NCBI RefSeq assembly: GCF_006345805.1 | Contig: NC_043016.1 | Span: 2,418,001 to 2,482,000, forward strand | DNA from: Octopus sinensis | Lineage: Eukaryota | Direction of reading: 5' to 3' | Length of the DNA stretch: 64,000 nucleotides | Part shown: positions 1 through 11,024 of the stretch, in pieces | Layout: each line of letters starts with the position of its first letter | Position numbering within the stretch: position 1 is the first letter of the stretch | Translations under genes and position numbers: made by a program | The notes under the pieces: generated by a model | The model's input: the letters and a program-made list of their open reading frames with translations, nothing else | The model's database searches: none | What the model was told of the DNA's origin: nothing

Positions 1-48
1 TAGATACATATATATGGACATATAGATAGATAGATATATAGATAGATA

Positions 49-830
49 AGTTTCTTTATTGGCCACACAGGGCTGCACACAGATGGAACAAGTTACAAGG
101 TAGAGCTTTTCTTTTGGGGGATGAAGAGAACAAAAAACAAAAGAAAAAAAAATTGAATAAAATAAAAGGAATAAAAAGAAAAAAAGAAAAGGAAAAGGAA
201 CAAAAGGAAAGAGAAAGGAAAAAAGAAGAAAAAAGGGGGAAGAGGAAAAAAAACGATCAATAGGGATCGTGTATCCCAGTGTTATGATATATGGTGTAAA
301 GGGGAAAGCAAGTAGGTTTATCCGTGGAAGAAAAGCCTACGAAAAAGACCACGGTAACCTTGGTCAATATTGTTATATGTTACCACATATGTTTGCAAGT
401 GGGTAACCCTCTGTTTTCAATTTCTGGGTTCATAGGATTATGCTCAAGGTGGCTTCGTCATTCATACGTGCCATCCTTGCTACATTCACCATCTTTTTTT
501 AAAACATTCGCTAGACAAAACTTGCCTCTCTACTCTCACTTTCCTTTTCAAGTGGTACTTGAAGAAGTTGATGAGAGATTGACCAGAGAGGAAAGTGTTT
601 GTCTCCAATCCTTTCAGACGCGTCCACCAGATACATTCTTTCGCCATAGCCACAAGGATGATGAAAATAGCTCTTCCTTCCCGTTTGAAGGAAGGAGGCG
701 TGACAATATTGACGATAGACTCAGCTGATAAACCGACTCGTCCCACACGTGGCAGCAGTTGTTCGACATAAGCCCACAGGTCAGAAATTATTGGACACTG
801 CACGAGTGCGTGCAGAACGGTGTCGTCGCT
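49..830 (-). mobile_element. Tx1-clade LINE, 5'-truncated copy A (ORF2 C-terminus + 3' UTR)
   Basis: Minus-strand translation DDTVLHALVQCPIISDLWAYVEQLL...FFKYHLKRKVRVERQVLSSECFKKRW is homologous to the C-terminus of the adjacent copy B. The 3' end reads AATAAAGAAACTTA into (TATC)n, and the 5' truncation point also abuts (GATA)n. Confidence 0.9.
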
Positions 831-914
<84 letters not shown>

Positions 915-921
915 GATAGAT
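831..921. repeat. (GATA)n microsatellite separating two Tx1 copies
   Basis: Direct reading of the sequence. Confidence 0.98.
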
Positions 922-1220
922 AACTTTCTTTTATTAGCCACACAGGGCTGAATACAGAGGGGACAAATACAAATGCAGAGCTTTTCTTTTCGAGGGTGGA
1001 AAAAAAAGAAAATAAATGTAAGATTGCGATCAAAAGGGATCGAGAGGAGGAAAAAAAGAAAAGAAATCGTGTATCACAGAAACAATGATAAAAACATTGA
1101 TAAAACAAGATTTGGTTCATCCGTGGGAAGAAAAGCCTACAGAAAAGACCACGGGAACCTCAGTCAGGGAGGAAATAACCACATGAGATCAAAATGCTCT
1201 CTTTCTTTCTTTTTTACGAT

Positions 1221-4200
1221 CTACAGGATCATGCTCAAAATGGTTTCGTCACTCGCACGCACCATCTTTGCAACATTCACCCATCTTTTTTTGAATCTTT
1301 CGCAGACAAAACTTCCCTCTCCATTCTCACCTTCCTTTTCAAGTGGTACTTGAAAAAGTTGATGAGCGATTGGCCAGAGAGGTAAGTGTTTGTCTCTAAT
1401 CCTTTCGCTCGGGTCTACCACACACAATCTTTCACCATGGCCACCAGTACGATGAAAACTGCCTTGTTTTCCCGGTTGAGGGAAGGGGGCGGAGCAATTC
1501 TCAAGACAGACTCGGCCGATAGGCGGATTCGTCCCACACGTGACAGCAGCCGTTCGGCATAAGCCCACAGGTCTGAAATGGTTGGACATTGCACGAGTGC
1601 GTGCAGAACGGTTTCGTCGCTCTGACCGCATCTCGGGCAAGTCGGTCCAGTGTGTCTGGAACCGTGTCTGTAGAGCTTATCCCGAACAGGTAATGCTTCT
1701 CGATAGCACTGCCAGGCCAGGGATCTTTGGTGATTGTTCATAGGTCCCGGCCCGAAAGTTGTCCTGAACAGGCGGGTCAGGTGTTCCTCGTCGACCCTGA
1801 CCGAGTTCGTCGTCGCACCTCCCCTCCACTAATCCTCTATAGAATGCCTTTGTTGTGATGGAGTCGCACAAGTTCGATACCGGACGGTAGAGTTGCTTGA
1901 GAGCAACGCGACACTCGCGGTGCCATTCGCCTAGCCTCGGTCTCTGCTTGATCCATGACTGTAGTTCGTCCAAGGAGACGAGCTGCAGGAAAGCGCGCCG
2001 CACAAAAGGCGACAACACCTGTTCACTGTTGTCTATGAAGCGCCGGAGATGTCGCAGTCTCAGCGCATGTCTGCGCATCATCAACCACGGCATGCTCAGC
2101 CCTCCATTTAGCGGGTGTTGACAGTAAATGGATCGCCTAACCATCGGAACGTTTCCCTTCCACAAGAAGCGGAAGAGTATACGTTCCAGTTTGGTGATGG
2201 TAGGGTCGGGACAAGGCACGACGGTCAGACGATACTCGATGACGGATGCGATGTACGCGTTCGCCACATCCGCCCGACCTTTTAGGGATAGCTTTCTCTC
2301 AGCCCATTTCTGGGTGAGAGTAGCCACCCTAGTCATTATCTCGCCCCAGTTCTTCTCCATTTGGAGGTCCGGACCGAACCAGACCCCGAGCAATTTAACC
2401 GGTCCGTCCGTCCAGCGTCCCACGATGGAGACGCTGTTGGACGGCATGGGCCTGCTTCTCCAGGTGCCGAGCCGCAAGCCCACTGACTTTTCCCGGTTAA
2501 TTTTTGCTCCCGTTACGGCTTCGTATTCTTTTAGTGTCTCGCCGACCAGCTCGATGTGCTGGTAGCTCGATACTATGACGGTGACGTCATCCGCGTATGC
2601 AGAACTACTAATCGGATGCCGCTGTATAAGGCAGCGATCCAACCGCGGAAAACTGGACCGAAACCAGCCGCTTTAAGGACAGCCTCCGAGTAGTGATGGT
2701 CTACCCTATCGAAAGCTTTTGATTGATCCAAATTGATCAGCGCCCCACCCATGCCAGGATTCTTAACTACCCTGTCTATGATGTAGGGCATCAGATGGAG
2801 GTTGTCATGAATACTTTTACCCTGCACGGCGCATGTTTGCGCCTTGTCGATTAGTTTCTTGATGACAAGCGCCAGCCTCTCGGCTAACACCTTGGCCAAA
2901 ATTTTCAAATCTGCGTTGAGCAGAGTGATGGACCTGAAATTATCTATGACGTCTCCCTTGTTTGGGTCTTTCTTAATCAGTGCCACTGCTCCTCGCTTTA
3001 CAAAAGCAGGAATACTCCCGTTTTTCTGCCAGTTGCAGTAGACAGCTGCCAAGACGCCTCCAAACAAGTCTGGCATATGACAATAAAGTTCGTAGGGCAG
3101 ACCATCCAAGCCTGGTGACTTGTCTCTCGCGCAGTCCCCCATCGCATCCTGTACGTCCGCAGCTGTGATAGGCCTTTCACAAGACTCCACCTCTCTTGCT
3201 GAGAGTCGTGGCAAGGCATGCAGGTAGGCACTAAAGTCCACTCTGCGTTCTGACCCACCACTTGTCCCAAACAGTTGGGTGAAGTGTTGTTGAAAAGCCC
3301 CACACATCCTTTTAGGCTCGAGCAATTCGCGCCCCTGTTCATCTATAAGAGACTTGATGGTGGCTATGTTGCCTCGTTGCGTCTCCACCACTCGGGCCTC
3401 TTGGGCGGCTCCAACTCCCTCGTTCCTCAGATCACGCATCCTAGCTCTGACAACGCATCCCTCGTGTTTGGCGTTGAGGTGTTGGTCGAGAGCCAATCTC
3501 GCCGCCAGCACGTTGAACGCGATGCCAGTTCTAAGTGCCTCTTCTAAAACCTTAACTAATTCTCCCTCTATTCTATTTCGGTCTAATGCTAGGGCTTTAC
3601 TGTATCTGACTGATTCTGCTTTAATTGCTTTTTTTAAGGCATACCACCATCTGTTGTTGATGATGGTACCCGTCAAAACTCTCTTAACTAATGTGCTGAT
3701 CCGGTCCCTGTAAACCTGTCGTGCTGTAAAAGACGCGTTCAGTTTCCAGTAACCAGGACCCTGCCTATGTTTCTTATCTAAGTCAAGTGTACAAGTAACA
3801 AACTTGTGATCTGTGTAACTGACTATATGAAATTGTGGACAACCCACACTATTTTTATCTATTATCCTACAGAATACTCTATCTAAGTATGATCTGGACG
3901 ACCCGATGCGGTTACTCCATGTCCACATTGGCACATTCGGCTGGTCCAGTCGGTACCTGTCAGACAGTTGGAAACGTCTGAGCAGGTCTTTGAGGCATTT
4001 GCATCCCCTTCTATAGCTATCTCTGCCCACGTAGTCTAGATGCATGTCCAGGGTGGCATTCCAATCCCCCACTAAAAGTAAAGGACGAGACGTTCCCTAG
4101 ACGTCGAAAGAAATCTGGTCGGCCTGTAAAGGACGGAGCATAAACTGCTATCAGTTGAAAAGCACACTCATTGCTGCCATCGACAATCAAAACGACCAGC

Positions 4201-4475
4201 CTTTTCTCCGGGTCTAGGAAAATTGCTCTTACTTTGAGATCCAGACTCTTCCGGAGAAGTACCGCGGTGCCACCTCCGCCCATTCTCGGTAGACACGGAG
4301 AAAAATAAATGTTGAAATGTGTACCGAAACTGTGCGGGAGTGCCCGCGAGCTGTGGAGTCTGGTCTCACTGATGGCTATGATATTCAGATTTAGTAACTT
4401 GATGTCATTTAACAGGTAGCCTTGTTTCCAAAGCGACCCCAAGCCACGTACATTTATACTGCCTATTCTGAGCAT
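1221..4475 (-). pseudogene. Tx1 ORF2 (AP endonuclease + reverse transcriptase + Zn knuckle), disrupted
   Basis: Motifs: MLRIGSINVRGL, IIAISETRL, GDWNA, YLDRVF, TDHK, KSPGLDGLPYELY, NFRSITLLNADLKILAK, LDQSKAFDRVDH, AYADDV, CPRCGQSDETVLHALVQC. There is a frameshift near 4085, and a deletion near 2610-2625 joins SGIRLVV to SAYADD, removing the expected QGCPLSP motif. Confidence 0.93.
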
Positions 4476-4543
4476 GTTCCGATAAAAAATTGTGTTTTAC
4501 ACACGAAAAGAAAGTACAAAAAAGGAAAGAGAGAGAGAAAAGG

Positions 4544-6716
4544 TTACTTGTTGTTCGAAAGTCCTTTGTTTTTCACCTCACAGTCTTCTTCCATGAGGTT
4601 TTTGTATAGTTTCTTTGATGAATACTTTTGAAATCTCCCTACTGCATCAGGGTAAAGAGATTTCAGGGTGCTGTGTGTGTTCTGTGTTACGTGTATTATT
4701 TTAATGTGTTGTGGTGGTGTTGTGCGTGGGTGGTTACTTGTTTTTATGTCGTTTTCAGTTATGTTGGTGTTTGACCTAATGTGTTCCATTAGGTCGTGGT
4801 TGTTTGTGTTTATGGGTGTCAACATTGTTGGCGGGTTTGATGATGGTGTGTTTGTGTTGATGTGTTTGTTTTCTGTGGATGTTTTTGTTTCGGGAGTGGT
4901 GAATCTTCCTGCTTTGTTTGTTATCTTTTCTTTTCTATTTTTCCCCTTTTTCTTCTCCCCACTGTGGCTATTTGCCAATCTTCTGTGTCTTCTTCGTCTA
5001 ATGACAAATCAGAGGAATCAGAGCTTGGAGAGGAAAATATTGGGGTCTATTGTAGACTGTGTTGATTTTGTTGTTAGTGTTGGTTGGTGAGCGTTAGGTT
5101 GTGGTGTATGCGGTTTTGGAGGTGGGGTGTGGGTATTTTGTGTTTGAGTGATTGTAGGTAGTGTTGTGTTGTTTGGGTGTCAATTTTGTGGGGATTTGGA
5201 GTAGTAATTGTTTCTTCATTTTCGATGAGTGTCTTTTTGGCAGATGTCCTTGGTTTGGGAGTTGGTTTATTCTTGGTTGTTGTTGTTGTTGGTGTTGCTT
5301 CTGTTCTTGCTGCAGTTGGTGTGGTTGTTTGGTTGGTGAGGTTTTTTTTTTTTTTGATTTTCTGTGATTAGTCCTGTTTGTACAATTTGTGGTGTGGGTA
5401 GTAAAACTGGCTTTTTTGTTTTTTCCGGCTGCTGTTTTTTTAGGTGTTGCTCACTGCCGCATATGTAGCAACGTGGTCTTCTGCCATCGACGACCACATA
5501 CAACTTGTGGTCTTCTGATACACATATCTGGGTGGGTATTTTCTCGATATCATCCTGGTTGATGTGTAGTAGAAATTCTACTTTTTTTCCCACCCACTTT
5601 TTGTGCTCCGTGACCGTAGTTTCTAAAATTGTGAAATCTTCCATTTTCACACATAAGGCCTTTACTAGCCATAGATTGTTAGCTATTTTTGGGACATTGT
5701 TTAAAGTGATCTTAGTCACTTTCTGTCCACGATAGCTTGGTGTTAGTTGAAGTTCATCTGAATGAAGAGTTAGCGTTGAGAAACGTCTTGCTAACTCTTC
5801 AGTGTGGAAGACCACTTGTATGTGTGCGAACTTGTTCCACCAGGTCACATACTCTTTGTAGTTCCAGATGAGTTTCAAGCATTTTTCGATTTTGCTTGTG
5901 TTAGCCTTCTCTGGACTTTTTGTTTTCTTATTAATTATTTTATATATAATAGTTCTTTTTTTTTTCATCTTCTAATATTTCTTGTGGTATGTTTATTTTT
6001 ACTATACCATCTACTTCCGTTATTAAAATGTTCGTATCTTTTATTTGTTGTGCAGTAAAATATACTGTTGTCTTTTTTTCTTTAATCGCCTCGGCGAAAT
6101 TTGTTGTTGTTTTGTTATTGTTGTTGCTGGTGGTGATGTTTTTGTTGGCTGCAGTTGGTAAAATCGGTGTATTTGGTTTGATTGTGCAAGTAGGAAGGGG
6201 TGGAAAATTACTTGCATAGTTTATCCCTGTATTCGAGCAGCTTTTGTCAATTTGTTTGGTGGTCACAGTCTTTTGTTTATTCCCGTCAGTTCTTGTTGTT
6301 GGAGAAAACAAGGTCTGAACGGAATTGTTGTTGTTGTTATTGTTGTTTTTGTTGTTGGCGGTGGTGTCAGTGGCAGAAGAGACAGCCGTGGCAGCAGATG
6401 TCGAAATGGTGGCGCAAATGTTGTTATTCTTGTTGTCATTGTTATTGTTGTTGTTGTTGGTAGTTGAGGTAGTGGATGAGGTGGCGGTAGTGGTGATGGT
6501 GGGGGAGGCGGCGGTAGTAGCAGTAGTAGTCTTGTTGTTGTTGTTGTTAGTGACAGTGCTGTTACCGCAAGTGGTTGCAGCGTTCACTGCCACGTCATTT
6601 AGGTTTGCACTTTGCGTGCATGAGTTCTTATTTTCTTCTCCTAGCGTTTCCAAACTAGGAAAATGTTGGTCGATAAAGGAACGCGACCAGCGTTCTACAA
6701 TACAATTTCTCGACAT
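4544..6716 (-). pseudogene. Tx1 ORF1 (gag-like), split by frameshifts
   Basis: Pieces 6716-5940, 5968-5267 and 4978-4544. RRM-like segment and RRPRCYICGSEQH knuckle; N/T-rich low-complexity linkers. One break falls on the homopolymer run at about 5956-5965. Confidence 0.8.
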
Positions 6717-6914
6717 TTTTTAATGTCGAGAAGAAAAATACACAAATTAAATAGGGCTGAAACTGCCCCTAGGGGCGAATTCCTCCCTTGGAAAAGCACT
6801 CAAACGAAAGTTGGGTGCCTTACACACCTTATTTACAAAAATGTACACAAAATATGGGCTATAAATAGTCAAAATAAACGATTACCTTCGGAGCCGAAGT
6901 GACAGCGCGTCCGT

Positions 6915-6919
6915 AGATG

Positions 6920-6951
<32 letters not shown>

Positions 6952-6952
6952 T

Positions 6953-7035
<83 letters not shown>

Positions 7036-7048
7036 CATATATGCACAT

Positions 7049-7106
<58 letters not shown>

Positions 7107-7110
7107 GGAT
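6915..7110. repeat. (GATA)n microsatellite
   Basis: Direct reading; flanks the 5' end of Tx1 copy B. Confidence 0.98.
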
Positions 7111-7282
7111 AGGTATTAGAAAATGTGTGAGATCCTTAGTACAGTTAAAAAAATAATAAATCAAACTGATTAAAACTAGCAGTGAAGTCATTTATTTGTC
7201 TTTTTTCAAACACACACACACACTCACACGCACACACACACACACATATATATATAGGAAATACACCCCCCCCCAAAAAAAA

Positions 7283-7383
7283 AACAAGAACAAATACAAG
7301 AAGACAACACGCGAGGACGTGGTACGTTCAAAGTATTAGCAGACGCTCGGGGAAGGAAAGAAAGGTGGTTTTACGTTTCGAGC
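7283..7383 (-). mobile_element. Probable Penelope-like pseudo-LTR fragment
   Basis: Ends in TTTTACGTTTCGAGC, the same motif as in the terminal region of the Penelope-like element at 10457-10471. Confidence 0.4.
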
Positions 7384-7419
7384 AAATGATTGTTTTAACC
7401 TGATCTTCAGTAATGTCAT

Positions 7420-9400
7420 TGCTTGGCAGTTCTCATAAACATGGACTGCACAGAAGCAGCTTTTCATTTCTGTAGAGATGTGGCATCGATGGGTGCCTCT
7501 TGTAGTAGATGTAACAATAATGTTTTGGGGAGCTTTCATATGACGTTTCAATCCACTCCCTGACGCATATTCTTTTCCACGCCCACTGCTTAAAGAGAAA
7601 TTGTTCAATGTATAGGTAATAGTTTCTCTTGTGTGCGTATGACTTCACTGATGACTTCCATACACACGACTACACTTGTAACATGTTCATCTGGTCTTCG
7701 CACCAACATGATCGGGAAAATTTAAATAAAAATCCTTATGAATATCACTTTTGAGCTGTTCATACTCGATACGATTTTCTTCGAATCCCCCCCACCATCA
7801 TGCGCAGATTTCCTTCTCGATTAACTATCTATAGCAAAATTTATCCATTGTTCAAGATTTTTATTTTCTCCAATGTTTTCTTGATGCAGCTCTTATACCT
7901 TCATTTTGTACACTTGTTTTTTACCCTGAGCTATATCCAATATACAGAAATTTCTCAATGATCCGATCATCTCCTTTCCTCGTCATATGACTACACATTC
8001 GTAATCGGTGCGAAAGTACTAGAGACTCTGTATTGGTAGACTAATTGCCTTCAAGGACGTCATTTAAATATATTTGCTATCGGATAGCCATTATACAGTG
8101 GAATCACTGTTGATGAAATCACTCCAGTCTCCTCATATGCGTTCAGTAAGTAAGTCACTCTCAGCGCATAACAACGGAGACGAAACACAAGTATTGTGGA
8201 CCGTCAGCTTTGTCTCGGTCGAACTTCGATGTTGAAACCATAAATGTCTATTCAGTTTTCTGAAGAAAGCTTTAATGGCTTTCTTGATTGGAAAAGAGAT
8301 TTCATCATCAAGAGTATTTGTCCCGTTTATAGCATCGCCTAAACACATGAATTCATCGACAACCTGCATACCCAGAAATATTTGGCTTTACCCGGAGCAG
8401 GTTGGTACATTACAATTGTCTTTTCAGGTTGATAATTAGATTCGATGCACCACATGTCATAAAGAAGGAGTCCACAAGATGCAGAAAGTAACTCTAGAAA
8501 TAAGCAACAAAATTTCTATCCTCAGCATACAGGAAACGCTTACTAGAGGCGAGAACAGCTTTGCTTTTGGCAACAAATCGTTTTATATTCAACATTCTAC
8601 CCGTTTTTTCGTACTTGACGTAGACTCATGTAAAAAAAAACTCCCTAACGCCATCAAGAAAGCCAAAGCACAGTGCAATTAAACAGAGTTAGAGCTGGTA
8701 TAACCCTTCAATAAATCCAATTTCAACTAAAATTACATCAGAAAGCTTACCACCCACGTTGACAAATGCTTTCATCTCATCATGGAAACGTGTAAGCAGA
8801 AAGGCAAAGTTACCAGAATACTTAAGCTTCCTCGGAATGTTCCATAAGGCATTTCTATTTAGAATATCAAAAGCGTTGGTAAGATCAACAAAGACTTGAT
8901 ACAGGTTCTTCTCTTAATGCATTTTTTTCTTTTCTGAATTGCTTAACGGAAAAGATTTTATCCGATGCCTTCCAACCCCACCCTGACATTTCTGAAACCA
9001 CGCTGAGATTCAGGAAGGAGCATATCGGCGATGTTGTTGAGAAACTGTCCAGTATGATCCTACACTACACCTTGCTCACCACAGAAAGAAAAGATACTTC
9101 ACTGCAATTCCCACAGAATTATAGAGTTCACCATCAGTGCTTCTTTCATATGGGACACTCTCTTCAATCCGAACCTTTTGCATTATGTCAATTAGATGCT
9201 AAAGAAGGCTTTTATCTCCGTATTTCAAAATCTCCGTATTTCAAAATCTCAGCAGAGGGAGACTATACACCCCAGACGACTTACTACTATATAGGTTTTT
9301 ACATGTTCACCTTCTTCCAGGGAAAGAGCTTCTGTCATATACTCTTTTGTGGGTGTACTGAGAATCAAAACCAACATATTCATTATCGACACATATGTAT
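7420..9400 (-). mobile_element. RTE-clade LINE, decayed ORF2 fragment
   Basis: Manual minus-strand translation across frameshifts gives AEILKYGD, CGNC..SFLSVVSKV, LLPESQRGFR, LYQVFVDLTNAFD, VVDEFMCLG..LDDEIS..TKLTVHNTCV, RYKSCIKKTL and a C2H2-like GKEYASGSGLKRHMK. Confidence 0.8.
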
Positions 9401-10271
9401 GTATATAATGTTTGTACATATGTATGCATGTATTTATGCATGTATGTATGCATGTATGCAATGTATGTATATATGTATGTATGAATACACACACGTGCAC
9501 ATACACACACGCAGACACACACACATACACACACACACACACAAGGATAATTAAATAAACATCTGCATCACTTTCCTATAAAGAATTATTAATCTCTATA
9601 CGCGTTATCTGGTATCTATTGCTGGCTGATAAATGTGCCGAGGGAATGAAGAATAAAGCGTCACTGGCCCATGAACAAAAGGCTAACCGCAGCAGATTTG
9701 ATCTCATTCTCTATATGATAATGGTCTAATTACTAAGCAACCCGGTGTTTTACTGCAATTTGATGATGTTATTTTACGTATATCGAAATATTAAAAAACA
9801 AAAATTAAAAGCGATGTTAAAATTTAACGGCAAAATATTATGGTTTTACATAGTGACTGTGGTAGAATGTGATAGTCTTGTGAAAAAGTGTGTTACCTAT
9901 GTCAATAGATATTGAAATTCTCTTCTGCAGGCTCTAAGTCTTATAAGACGAGCACAGCATCAACTTTCATAGATAAGTTAGTTTAAAAAACAACAGCTCA
10001 ACTGGTCTCTACGAAATTTAAACTCAGAAAACAAGATGCCGGACATTAAATTCCACGAAGCATTTTGTTCAACACTCTAATTCTGAACTAATTTGCTTCT
10101 AGAACGCTATAAAGAGGCAGGTAATTTGCTACTAACGTGACTATAATTTACATAATTAAGCAGGAGCGTTTTTACACAACACACATACACACATCACACA
10201 CAAGCACACATATATATGTATACATTCACTCAATTAAAATATATGCGTGTGTATGTATGTATATATATATA

Positions 10272-10319
<48 letters not shown>

Positions 10320-10719
10320 GTGTGTGTTGTGTGGTGTGTGTGTGTGTGTATACCTATAGAGGGAAAGTTTACGAAAATAAACAAAAGACGAAGGCAGTGG
10401 AGTACAAACAAACAAATGTATTAGTATAGCGCTCAGGAATATAAATAGAAAAAGTCTTTTACGTTTCGAGCCTACGCTCTTCGACAGAAAAATACACAGA
10501 AAAAATCAAGGAGAGAAACAAGGACAGAAAAATGCGTGTAGGAGCTAACGATCTATCATGGCGTCCTGACTTCGAACAGTGGTCAGACGCGAGAGGGACA
10601 GTAGGGGAGATAACTGGGTCAAGTGACTTCCAATACGAAGGTGCCCCCAACACAAAGGTGCGTGTGTGTATAAGAGAGTATGTATGTGCGTGTGAAAGTG
10701 GGCTGGTGGTCTGGACGTG

Positions 10720-11010
10720 TGGGGGGAAGGAGGAGGAGAGGAGGAGGAGGAGGAGGGAAGAGAGGAGAAGAGAAGGAGGAGGGAGGGGAGAAAAGGTGTG
10801 TGAGGGAGCAGAGAGAAAGAGAGAAAGGAGAAGAGAGTAGGGGAGAAGAGGGAAAGAGAGTAGAGGGGAAGAGGGAAGAAGAGGGAAGAAGAGGGAGAAG
10901 AGGGAAGAAGGGGAAGAAGGGAAAGACGGGAAGAAGATGGAAGAAGAGAAAGAGGAAAGAAGAGGGAAAGAGATTAGGGGTGAAAAGATGTAGGAGTGAA
11001 GAGAAGTAGG
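10720..11010. repeat. Purine-rich (GA/GAA/GGA) low-complexity tract inside the Penelope-like element
   Basis: Direct reading. Confidence 0.9.
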
Positions 11011-11024
11011 AGTCGGGGAGGAGG

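Larger units (their letters stand above)
922..6914 (-). mobile_element. Tx1-clade (L1-related) non-LTR retrotransposon, near full-length copy B, inactivated
   Basis: ORF1 (RRM-like region + zinc knuckle) is followed by ORF2 (APE endonuclease, RT, C-terminal CCHC). The 3' end is AATAAAAGAAAGTTA-(TCTA)n; the 5' end ACGGACGCGCTGTC abuts (GATA)n. Confidence 0.95.

Noticed and set aside
922-6914. Tx1 copy B as an active element with only sequencing-error frameshifts
   Set aside because: Some breaks are on homopolymers, but loss of the RT QGCPLSP region near 2615 and the deletion near 4085 are not homopolymer-type errors.
9214-9250. Short tandem duplications (TCTCCGTATTTCAAAA x2; similar ones near 42582 and 55129)
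   Set aside because: Ordinary local slippage events with no wider pattern.
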